From contig CACIWU010000001.1 in assembly GCA_902590435.1 (NCBI GenBank), forward strand, positions 26,921 through 90,920: 64,000 nt of DNA. Reading direction: 5' to 3'. Shown here in pieces: positions 9,851-18,291 of this stretch (positions are counted from its first letter, which is position 1; each line of letters opens with the position of its first letter). The notes beneath the pieces were generated by a model that was not told the origin of the DNA, did not search any database, and was given only the letters and a program-made list of their open reading frames with translations. This DNA comes from an uncultured SAR324 cluster bacterium (GTDB lineage Bacteria > SAR324 > NAC60-12). A program made the translations under genes and the position numbers.

Positions 9851-12034
9851 TTATTCGAAAAATTTTTTGCCAAGACCAGAAAAACGCATAACCTTGTTTA
9901 ATACTAAAAATTCTAACACACTTTGTTTACCAAGTATTAAAACAGATTTTTTTGCTCTTGTCAGCGCTGTATAAATTATTTCATTAGTCATTGTTTCTCT
10001 AAATTTTTGTATTTTTGGGTCTAATTCAAAAGACTCTATATTTAATTCAGGCAAGATCAACGCCAGATTAGCATATTCTGATCCTTGACTTTTATGAACC
10101 GTTATTGCATATGCCGTTTGGAGGTTAAAAAGTTCATTTGGATAGAAAGTTTTGAAAACTCCGTCTACTTGAAAAACTGCCTTTAATTCTAACTTTCCAC
10201 TATCAGGATTTAGAAAATTAAGAAATATTCCTATATCCCCGTTGAATAAATCAAGCAAATAATCATTTTTCGTAACCATTACAGGTTCACCTGGATAATG
10301 TTCAGAAAAAATATTTTTTGTACCTTTTTTGTTTAACCATAGTTCTCGAATTATTTTATTTATAGCTTTTGCCCCAGTAGAATAAACATGAGTAATCGTC
10401 AAAACACGAAATCGATCAAGATATTTTAATAAATACTCCATAATTGGTGCATCTGAATCAAATTCTTCATAAGAATATACCTTTTGAATCTCAGAGAGAA
10501 ATTTTTCATTACTCAAAAATTTTTCAACCCACCATAATGCAAAATCCCTTAATTTTTCCTGAGAATTAGTTTGATTTAAAAATGTAACTTTTTCTAAAAC
10601 TACCTCTTCAATACTTTTTACCACTTGAATAGTTTCTTGATTTAAATGAATATCCTTTTCAAAAAGCAATTTCGTATTTTTAATTTCTACCATATCTTTG
10701 ATAGTTTTAGCTACTCCTAGAATATTTTTCCCTGAAGAATCTTTACTTTTTTGTCTATAACTTTGATATAAACTTACTATTTGAAATTGATTCTTATCTA
10801 AATCTTCTTTTTCATTTTTGTTTGAAAATGATGTTAGCTCTGACAGAACTGCTCCACTCCCCACAGCAGGCAATTGATCCGCATCTCCAAGCAAAATTAT
10901 TCGAGGTATAGGAGGATAATGTGGTAACTTAGAATATGCTGCCTTAAACAAATTAGTCATCATATTATGATCAATCATCGATGCTTCGTCAACAATCAGC
11001 AAGTCGTATTCCAAGGGTTCAAATTCATTGTGTTTAAAAAAATTTTTTAAATGACTATAACCTAAAAGACGGTGAAGTGTTTTTGCTTCTGCAGCTACAC
11101 CTAATAATTCTTTATCATGATTAAGGGTTGAAATATTTTTTATAGAACTAATACTACTAATTACAGATTCGTACATCCTTTTAGCTGCCCTGCCTGTAGG
11201 AGAAACCAAAGCAGGATTATTTGCCAAACCAAGTCTTTTAAGAACCCTAAGAATAGTAACAGCTAATGAAGTTTTTCCAGTTCCTGGTCCTCCAGTAATA
11301 ATTAGAAACGGAGAATATATTGCCAAAAAAATTGCTTTTTTTTGTTCTAAAGATAACTTAATGGCTTCCTCACCAAAGCATACTGGATCCCTTACAAGAA
11401 CATTTTCAATGGATTTGTATATTAATTTTCTTGGTGGAGAATTTAGTTTTATTTTTACTCTATTCCTAATCAAAGTAACCAATTCTGATTCGAGTATCCA
11501 ATTTTTATAAAAATAGATCAGAGAATTATTTTCAACAAAAAGAGTATTTTCAAAATTTTCACTTTTAGAAAATTTAAAACTTGTCAACAACCATTTTTGC
11601 CAATTGTTAGGAGAAAGTTTATCTTTTGAAAAATCAGCGTTTAGTAAAATTGTGGATATTTGATTTTTTAGCAATTCCCAGGGGATACACATACTGCCAA
11701 AAATATTTGCTCTTCTCATCAAGAGAATACCACACAACATTACAATAAACCGTTGTCCTATGATTTTATTTTTTCCGTCTTCCTCTTCAATCCAAATTAA
11801 AAAATCAAATGCCTGAAAAAATAATTCACTTCCGATATGAATCCTAGCAAATTGCTGTTTAAGTTTTTTTATAAACTTTGGGAAATTAGGAACAAAAATT
11901 TGTTTTTCTAATGATTCATTTTTAAGTATTCCTAAAAAATTAGACCTAGCGGTCCCGACACTAGTCCATTCATAAAGATTAATCTGATTATGTGTCTCCC
12001 GTATATCCATTTTTCTGGACATATAAACTCTCAA
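9851..12034 (-). CDS. recD: RecD-like SF1B DNA helicase (exodeoxyribonuclease V alpha-like)
   Basis: 727 aa. Walker A ITGGPGTGKTS, motif II LLIVDEASMID, motif III ILLGDADQLPAVGSG, C-terminal AITVHKSQGSEY. ~230-aa N-terminal RecD-type domain. No recB/recC adjacent. Confidence 0.8.
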   Translation of the reverse strand: MRVYMSRKMDIRETHNQINLYEWTSVGTARSNFLGILKNESLEKQIFVPNFPKFIKKLKQQFARIHIGSELFFQAFDFLIWIEEEDGKNKIIGQRFIVMLCGILLMRRANIFGSMCIPWELLKNQISTILLNADFSKDKLSPNNWQKWLLTSFKFSKSENFENTLFVENNSLIYFYKNWILESELVTLIRNRVKIKLNSPPRKLIYKSIENVLVRDPVCFGEEAIKLSLEQKKAIFLAIYSPFLIITGGPGTGKTSLAVTILRVLKRLGLANNPALVSPTGRAAKRMYESVISSISSIKNISTLNHDKELLGVAAEAKTLHRLLGYSHLKNFFKHNEFEPLEYDLLIVDEASMIDHNMMTNLFKAAYSKLPHYPPIPRIILLGDADQLPAVGSGAVLSELTSFSNKNEKEDLDKNQFQIVSLYQSYRQKSKDSSGKNILGVAKTIKDMVEIKNTKLLFEKDIHLNQETIQVVKSIEEVVLEKVTFLNQTNSQEKLRDFALWWVEKFLSNEKFLSEIQKVYSYEEFDSDAPIMEYLLKYLDRFRVLTITHVYSTGAKAINKIIRELWLNKKGTKNIFSEHYPGEPVMVTKNDYLLDLFNGDIGIFLNFLNPDSGKLELKAVFQVDGVFKTFYPNELFNLQTAYAITVHKSQGSEYANLALILPELNIESFELDPKIQKFRETMTNEIIYTALTRAKKSVLILGKQSVLEFLVLNKVMRFSGLGKKFFE

Positions 12035-12133
12035 TAGCTAAAATACATTTAAAGTCTTCTTCAAAATAAATATATCTTTTAGAATTATTATTACTTTATT
12101 TAACAAAAATTTTATTATTAAAATTTTTAAAAG

Positions 12134-13123
12134 ATGAGAAAGTTATCGCATAATAATGCCATTAGTTGGACCGATGTCAAGCGCCCAATAGTCTGTCTTG
12201 CTCCCATGGACGGAGTGACAAATTCTCCCTATAGACAAATTGTACGAAGATTGAACAAAGAAGTCATCCTTTTTAGTGAATTTACAAGTGTTGATGGATT
12301 GGTTAGGAGTGAAATAGTTCGCAAAAAATTAAAATATGAATCTTGTGAACAGCCTTTTTTTATGCAATTATTTGGTAATTCTCCAGAAAATTTTTCAAAA
12401 GCATCTAGAATGGTTGAAGAAAATGGGATATGGGGAGTAGACATAAATATGGGATGTCCATCTAAAAAAATTGTAAATTCTCAACATGGTAGTGCCTTGA
12501 TGAAGTCCCCTGACAAGGCTTGTAAAATTATTGAATCTATAAGGAAAGCTTGCTCTTTAGAGGTGTCTGTTAAGACTAGACTGGGATGGAAAAATGAAAA
12601 ACATTTAATTGATTTTGGAAAAACATTAGAATCAGCTGGAGCTTCATTGATTTCAATTCACGGTAGAACATATAATCAGGCTTTTAAGGGAATATCTAAT
12701 TGGGAACCAATATATGAACTTAAGAAAAATCTTTCAATTCCAGTTATCGGGAATGGAGATATTCAGGATTATAACCATGGTATAAGCAAATTGGGTAATC
12801 TTGACGGTTTCATGATTGGTCGTGCAGCTATAGGAAATCCATGGTGTTTCCTCAATAGACAAAAGTATCCCGAGCCGAGTCATAGTGACCGCATAGAAAT
12901 AGCTCTTGAACATTACTATCTATTACGGAAAATTAAATTAGAATTAGTTGCATTAAGGGAGTTTAGAAAATATTTAGGAAATTATGTTAGCGGTTTCAGA
13001 AATGCAAAAGAATGGAGATCTCGGTTGATGCAATGTAATGATGAAAAAGATTTTTTTGATTGTATGCTTAAAATTAAGCAAATAAAACCAACACTTGCTT
13101 TAACTGGCCAACTAAACAACTAA
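12134..13123 (+). CDS. dus: tRNA-dihydrouridine synthase
   Basis: CLAPMDGVTNSPYRQIVR, GVDINMGCP, FMIGRAAIGNPW blocks typical of DusB/DusA TIM-barrel flavoenzymes. Confidence 0.85.
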   Translation: MRKLSHNNAISWTDVKRPIVCLAPMDGVTNSPYRQIVRRLNKEVILFSEFTSVDGLVRSEIVRKKLKYESCEQPFFMQLFGNSPENFSKASRMVEENGIWGVDINMGCPSKKIVNSQHGSALMKSPDKACKIIESIRKACSLEVSVKTRLGWKNEKHLIDFGKTLESAGASLISIHGRTYNQAFKGISNWEPIYELKKNLSIPVIGNGDIQDYNHGISKLGNLDGFMIGRAAIGNPWCFLNRQKYPEPSHSDRIEIALEHYYLLRKIKLELVALREFRKYLGNYVSGFRNAKEWRSRLMQCNDEKDFFDCMLKIKQIKPTLALTGQLNN

Positions 13124-13266
13124 TATTCTCAAGAAAAAAATAAAATGAATCAATATCTTTCCTAAAATAGGTTTTTCTGTACATTTTGAAAAGGGAAGAA
13201 AATTATTTTATGTTTTTTTCCTTTGGTGATGACTGAATTTTGAAATTTAAATTAATTTAATTTATA

Positions 13267-13295
13267 TTGACTTCCATTTCTATACGAGTCAATAT
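13267..13295 (+). promoter_or_regulatory. possible sigma70-type promoter for tRNA-Arg (TTGACT-17 nt-CAATAT)
   Basis: Perfect -35 TTGACT at 13267-13272, 17-nt spacer, weak -10 CAATAT at 13290-13295. Would give a ~40-nt leader before the tRNA. Short direct repeat GACTTCCA occurs twice here. Confidence 0.25.
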
Positions 13296-13341
13296 GGACT
13301 TCCAATTTGCCACTATTCCTAAAAATTTTTTCCATATAATT

Positions 13342-13418
13342 GCACCCGTAGCTCAGCTGGATAGAGCATCAGTTTGCGGTACTGAGGGTCGCACGTTCGA
13401 ATCGTGCCGGGTGCGCCA
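13342..13418 (+). tRNA. tRNA-Arg (anticodon GCG), CCA encoded
   Basis: 77 nt folded by eye. Acceptor GCACCCG/CGGGTGC, D-arm GCTC-AGCTGGATA-GAGC, anticodon stem TCAGT/ACTGA with loop TTGCGGT (U33, anticodon GCG), variable GGGTC, T-arm GCACG-TTCGAAT-CGTGC, discriminator G, CCA. Confidence 0.8.
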
Positions 13419-13744
13419 GTCTTTCCAACGGATTACACAATTCTAAATTTCAAACATTCTTCATTTGTGTCACATTTTTGACATTTCAATAACAGAAAAT
13501 ACTAGCCTGAGCATCAGTCAGTTTACAGATGAGTCACTATGTCCATTGTATCGAACAAACTTATACTTCTTTACAAAAACTTAGTTACTTTTTTCCCTAT
13601 TCATTCTGACTGAGACGGTTCATTATTTAGACTCTATTTTTAGTTGATGTTGAATGCATGGTTGTGATAAACTCCATTTTAAAAAGTAAATGAAGAACCT
13701 AATTAAGAAAAACTGATTTTCCTTTTAATTTAAACACTTCAAAA

Positions 13745-14527
13745 ATGGCAAAAGTTATTACATTCGCCAGCCAAAAAGGTGGAGTTGGGAAAACAACTTC
13801 CTCTGTACATTTGGCAACTGCATTTGCTCTGGGGGGATACAAGACGCTTTTGATAGATCTTGACCCACAAGGTTCAGTTTTCCATTCTTTGAGTATTAAA
13901 AAAGAAACAGGATTGGGCGTACGTGAAGTTTTTTGCACTCCTAACATTTCTTTACAAGAAATTGTTCAGTCTAGTAAACACCAAAACCTTGATCTGCTAC
14001 TTTCTAATATTGAAGACTTACTAACAGAACAAACTGTGAACAACATTGCTTCAGATTATTATCATATTTCACAATGGATTGAACAAAATGCCTCAAGCAA
14101 ATATGATTTTGTTGTAGTGGATGCTCCAGCTTCTACAAATTCTCTAAGTATCAATGGAATGCTTGCCGCTGATCTAATTATTGTGCCCCTTGAATGCGAA
14201 ACATTAGCCATAAAATCTCTAAAACGGTTTTTACAAGCATTTAAGGAATTACAGAGAGCAATTGAACCGAGACTTCGTTTAGCAGGGATTCTACTAACAA
14301 TGTATGATAATGAAATCTTGTCCCATCGACAAGTTTGTAAACAAATTTATCAAACTCTAGGAGAGTCCGTTTTTAAAACTATAATCCCTAATTGTCCTCA
14401 CATACTTGAAGCTAGTAATTTAGGTATAGACGTTATTCAGCGTCATTTGAATTCATCAGGTGCGACGGGTTACATTCGTCTCGCCAATGAACTCCTTGAT
14501 CGCTTCCTCTTAAATAAATCAAATTAA
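13745..14527 (+). CDS. parA: ParA/Soj/MinD-family P-loop ATPase (orphan, no parB)
   Basis: Deviant Walker A KGGVGKTT at residues 11-18, LIDLDPQGS, 260 aa. Followed by unrelated gene, no ParB. Confidence 0.8.
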   Translation: MAKVITFASQKGGVGKTTSSVHLATAFALGGYKTLLIDLDPQGSVFHSLSIKKETGLGVREVFCTPNISLQEIVQSSKHQNLDLLLSNIEDLLTEQTVNNIASDYYHISQWIEQNASSKYDFVVVDAPASTNSLSINGMLAADLIIVPLECETLAIKSLKRFLQAFKELQRAIEPRLRLAGILLTMYDNEILSHRQVCKQIYQTLGESVFKTIIPNCPHILEASNLGIDVIQRHLNSSGATGYIRLANELLDRFLLNKSN

Positions 14528-14586
14528 GAATAATTTAATAATAAAATGTTCTCAATTACTTTATTGCAATATGAATTGGATTAAAA

Positions 14587-15072
14587 ATGGAATATTTTGA
14601 ATTAAGTTTATTGACTGTATCAGGCTTAATAATTGGAAGTTTTGTTAATGTTTGTGTTGATCGCCTTACTTTTAAGTTTTCTAAAACAGAATCTCGTTTG
14701 AATTTATTAAATTCTTATGAAATTCCTATCTTTCTAAAAGAACATATCATAAACCGTACTTTGAATCTTTTTCATCCTGCTCGATCATTTTGCTTTACAT
14801 GTGGACATCAACTTAATTGGTTTGAAAATATTCCTGTACTTTCATATTTTTTGTGTCGTGGCATTTGTAGAAGATGTAAAGCGTTTATTGGGAAAAAAAC
14901 TATTTTGACAGAGATTTCTCACGGATTTTTTTTTCTAGGTGCTGGTTTATTTTTGGATAACTGGATAAATGTTTTTTTTTTGAGTATTTGTTTTTCATTC
15001 TTTTGGTTTTTCGTTAGTTTTTGTTATTTTTCAAGAAATCTTGAGAAAATAATCTTTAGAGAATTTAAGTGA
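14587..15072 (+). CDS. prepilin-peptidase N-terminal (DiS-P-DiS zinc-binding) domain protein, C-terminal A24 catalytic domain missing
   Basis: LIIGSFVNVCVDRL TM1 and CxxC...CxxC block CFTCGHQLNWFENIPVLSYFLCRGICRRC match type IV prepilin peptidase N-domain. ORF ends at 161 aa without the Asp-containing peptidase domain. Confidence 0.55.
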   Translation: MEYFELSLLTVSGLIIGSFVNVCVDRLTFKFSKTESRLNLLNSYEIPIFLKEHIINRTLNLFHPARSFCFTCGHQLNWFENIPVLSYFLCRGICRRCKAFIGKKTILTEISHGFFFLGAGLFLDNWINVFFLSICFSFFWFFVSFCYFSRNLEKIIFREFK

Positions 15073-15113
15073 TTCATCATAGTAAATATTTATTTTTAAG
15101 AATTAATTAAAAA

Positions 15114-16109
15114 TTGAAAAAACCTCTGCTAATTTTTTTCAAAATAGTTATTGTTTCTTCTACACTATTTTACTTAATAAAGAGTGACCGACTTAACTTT
15201 GAGAAATTGATGTTTTTCAATGACTCGCCACAAACACTCGGAATTATTTTTTGTATTCTTTTTTTCGCGGTAATACCTCTTTCAACCTTTCGCTGGTGGT
15301 TGTTATTAAGAGCTATCGGAATGCCGGTTAAAGTGAAACAGACTTTTATTCTGACTTGGATCGGTAATTTTTTCAATACTACACTTCCTGGAGCAGTAAC
15401 AGGTGATTTTGTTAAAGGATATTATGTTATCAAAGCTCACCAAGATGAAGATCGCACCAAATCTTTTATCACACTGATAATTGATAGATTCGTTGGATTA
15501 TTTGGATTGGTCATGATGGCCTTTTTCTCAATGTTAATTAATTTTGAATTAATTTATTCTAGAGAAAATTTACATCCACTAGCATTGATGATCATTATAT
15601 TTTTTGTTGTAACAATTATATTCTACACAATTGTAGTTTTTCCTTTTAAGGAAAATAAAGACCCTTTTGTTTGGATATTTAATCGTCTTCCTGGGAGTAA
15701 ATTTAGCTTAAAAGTTTATTCTGCTTTCAGAAGATACAAAAATCAAAAAAAAACATTGCTTTTAACCCTGCTAACTTCAATAAGCATACATGCCTTAGTT
15801 GCTATAATTTTCTTTAAAATTGCAAAATTGATAGGAATAAAAGAAATGGAATTGGCAACACAGTTTTTCTTAATGCCAATTGGATTAATTTCAGTAGCAA
15901 TACCAATTGCACCTGGTGGAATAGGAATAGGACATGCAGCTTTTGAATCTCTTTATCAAATTGCGGGACTTGATGGTGGAGCAGATGTTTTTAATATATT
16001 CGTAATTGTTCAGTTAGGAGTTTTTCTCCTTGGAGGAATTCCATATTTTTTTTATAGTGACAAATATAAAATGCCTAAGGTAAATCAATTAATTAACAAA
16101 AAAGACTAG
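15114..16109 (+). CDS. UPF0104 / lysylphosphatidylglycerol-synthase-TM-like integral membrane protein
   Basis: 331 aa, ~8 TM helices. Conserved LLLRAIGMPVKVKQTF..WIGNFFNTTLPGAVTGDFVKGYY block typical of UPF0104 flippase-like family. Confidence 0.6.
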   Translation: MKKPLLIFFKIVIVSSTLFYLIKSDRLNFEKLMFFNDSPQTLGIIFCILFFAVIPLSTFRWWLLLRAIGMPVKVKQTFILTWIGNFFNTTLPGAVTGDFVKGYYVIKAHQDEDRTKSFITLIIDRFVGLFGLVMMAFFSMLINFELIYSRENLHPLALMIIIFFVVTIIFYTIVVFPFKENKDPFVWIFNRLPGSKFSLKVYSAFRRYKNQKKTLLLTLLTSISIHALVAIIFFKIAKLIGIKEMELATQFFLMPIGLISVAIPIAPGGIGIGHAAFESLYQIAGLDGGADVFNIFVIVQLGVFLLGGIPYFFYSDKYKMPKVNQLINKKD

Positions 16110-16130
16110 ATATAGTTTTCAATAGTTAAT

Positions 16131-17084
16131 TTAACATAAAGAATCAGACTGAAAAATTTTTATGTGCTCTAAAACGCAAGATGAAAGTGCATTAAGATCA
16201 TATCCTCCCTCTAATAGACTCATGATTCTACCTCCTGAAGTTTTTTGAGCCAACATTTTCAACTCTTTCGTCAATTCTACAAAAGTTTTTTCTGTCAGTT
16301 CCAGAGAAGCTAAAGGATCATCGCGATGTGCATCAAATCCCGCAGATATTAAAACATAATCTGGATTGAATTCTAACAAGTTTGGTTTGACTAAAGTATG
16401 AAAGATGTTTAAATATTCTTCATCACCAATTCCAGGAAGAACTGGGACATTTAGTGTATAACCTAGACCATTAGAACTACCCTTTTCATTAGAGAACCCT
16501 GTCCCTGGATAACAACTTCGAGGATCCTGATGCATACTTACAAAAAAAACATCTGATCTTTCTTCAAAAAAATGTTGTGTCCCATTGCCGTGATGAACAT
16601 CAAAATCAAAAATCAATACTCGTTTAAACCCCATTTTTCTAGTTAAAAATTCTGCTGCAAGGGCTATATTGTTAAAAAAACAAAATCCCATAGCAAAATT
16701 TTGTTCAGCATGATGACCAGGAGGACGCACAGCACAAAATGCATTCTCACATTTACGTTCTGCTACTTCAAGTGCAGCTTCCAAAACTGAGCCTACTGCG
16801 TGCAAAGCTGCATTATAAGTTTGGGAAGAAATAACACAATCAGACGTTCGAAGAATTTTGGCACCACTATGTGAAGCAAATTCAACTTCTGAAATCAATT
16901 TTTCTGTATGAAGCATTTTCACTTCAGATAATGTTGCTAAACGTCCAGGGCAAACCTCCAGTTTTTCTAACAATCCCTCCGATTGTAATTTTTCTTGGAT
17001 CGATCTCAACCGATTTGCGTTCTCAGGATGAGAGCCTGTATCATGTTCCAAATAAATAGGATTTGTGTAAAAACTTGTCTTCAT
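16131..17084 (-). CDS. histone deacetylase/acetoin-utilization (AcuC)/acetylpolyamine amidohydrolase family protein
   Basis: HDAC signature blocks RPPGHHA, DFDVHHGNGTQ, GGYDL. 317 aa. Confidence 0.8.
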   Translation of the reverse strand: MKTSFYTNPIYLEHDTGSHPENANRLRSIQEKLQSEGLLEKLEVCPGRLATLSEVKMLHTEKLISEVEFASHSGAKILRTSDCVISSQTYNAALHAVGSVLEAALEVAERKCENAFCAVRPPGHHAEQNFAMGFCFFNNIALAAEFLTRKMGFKRVLIFDFDVHHGNGTQHFFEERSDVFFVSMHQDPRSCYPGTGFSNEKGSSNGLGYTLNVPVLPGIGDEEYLNIFHTLVKPNLLEFNPDYVLISAGFDAHRDDPLASLELTEKTFVELTKELKMLAQKTSGGRIMSLLEGGYDLNALSSCVLEHIKIFQSDSLC

Positions 17085-17283
17085 AAATTATATCTATATT
17101 TAAAAATCCTAATACATAAATATATCTATAATTTTAGACCATCCATTTGTCATCTTTCAAGATAAAGTAAATAATAAATAATTTAGATTATATCTCGGAT
17201 TGTGTTTGATAAAAAATTTGTTTAAAATCTAATTTATTTCTTATTCAATTAAAAAGCTTATACTTTCAGTATTAAAATAAGAC

Positions 17284-17802
17284 ATGGCTAATTTAAAAAT
17301 TTATACATTTCCTAACCCTATTTTAAGAAAAAAAGCTGAATCGGTGAAGGTATTTGATCGTTCAATTGCTGATATTGCAAACTCAATGTTAGAAGCAATG
17401 TACAATTCAGATGGAATTGGTTTAGCAGCTATACAAGCAGGCATACTCAAGCGAATAATAGTAATCGATCTGAATAGTGGTATAGAAGATTCCAGCAAAA
17501 GGGAGCCTCATATTTTTGTTAATCCAATAATTTTAAAAGAATCCGGGAATACTGTTTCTGAGGAAGGGTGCTTGAGTGTTATTGATTTTAGGGGAGAAAT
17601 TCAACGTTCGGAAAAAATTACTTTAGAATATCAAGATGTGAATGGAAAAAATGAAAAAATAGAAGCGGAAGGAATGATGTCGATTTGTCTTCAACACGAA
17701 ATTGATCATCTAAATGGAATTTTATTTATTGATCATTTACCTTTCTTAAAACAGAAAATGGTAAAAAAGCGTTTATCCAAACTCTCCAAGGAGTTTGCAT
17801 GA
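17284..17802 (+). CDS. def: peptide deformylase
   Basis: Motifs GIGLAAIQ, EGCLS, QHEIDHLNG. 172 aa. 4-nt overlap (ATGA) with next gene. Confidence 0.9.
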   Translation: MANLKIYTFPNPILRKKAESVKVFDRSIADIANSMLEAMYNSDGIGLAAIQAGILKRIIVIDLNSGIEDSSKREPHIFVNPIILKESGNTVSEEGCLSVIDFRGEIQRSEKITLEYQDVNGKNEKIEAEGMMSICLQHEIDHLNGILFIDHLPFLKQKMVKKRLSKLSKEFA

Positions 17803-18266
17803 AATTAACAAATTCATTTATTTTTAAATTATTTTTACTTTTTTTTTATGTATTTTTTTCAATTAACGTAGAAGTATTTTCCGAAGAAATTAATTATGCG
17901 AAAGCACTTGTCACAACTTCCTCTGGGATTCAAATTCATGTTGAAGTTGCCGATAATTTAATGAAAAGACGTTTGGGATTGGGTAAAAGATCTCATCTTA
18001 AAAAAAACTGGGGAATGTTATTTGTATTTGATAAACTAGAGAAACACCATTTTTGGATGAAGGACATGAATTTCCCTTTGGACATAATTTGGTTAGATAA
18101 TTATAGGATTGTACATATAATTAAGAATGTTAAACCTATACAATCTGGGAATCCTCCTCCAATTTTAAAACCTTTATCTCCAGCAAATTTTGTTCTTGAA
18201 ATTGCAGCAGGACAAGCTAATAAGCTTAAATTGAAGAAAGGTGATATTCTAAGTTACAAATTTTAA
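17799..18266 (+). CDS. DUF192 (COG1430) family periplasmic protein
   Basis: Signal peptide. Conserved RLGLGKRSHLKKNWGMLFVF...FWMKDMNFPLDIIWLD block characteristic of DUF192. Confidence 0.6.
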   Translation: MKLTNSFIFKLFLLFFYVFFSINVEVFSEEINYAKALVTTSSGIQIHVEVADNLMKRRLGLGKRSHLKKNWGMLFVFDKLEKHHFWMKDMNFPLDIIWLDNYRIVHIIKNVKPIQSGNPPPILKPLSPANFVLEIAAGQANKLKLKKGDILSYKF

Positions 18267-18291
18267 CTTTTTAATCCTAATCCAATATTTT

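Noticed and set aside
13335-13340. Perfect TATAAT hexamer immediately 5' of the tRNA
   Set aside because: It ends 1 nt before the mature tRNA 5' end, so a TSS 7 nt downstream would fall inside the tRNA. Not usable as its -10 element. The weaker TTGACT-17-CAATAT further upstream is reported instead, with low confidence.
13745-14527. parA next to a tRNA as evidence of an integrated plasmid or genomic island
   Set aside because: No parB, integrase, relaxase or repeat of the tRNA 3' end is present. Flanking genes are ordinary chromosomal functions. Orphan ParA-like ATPases are common.
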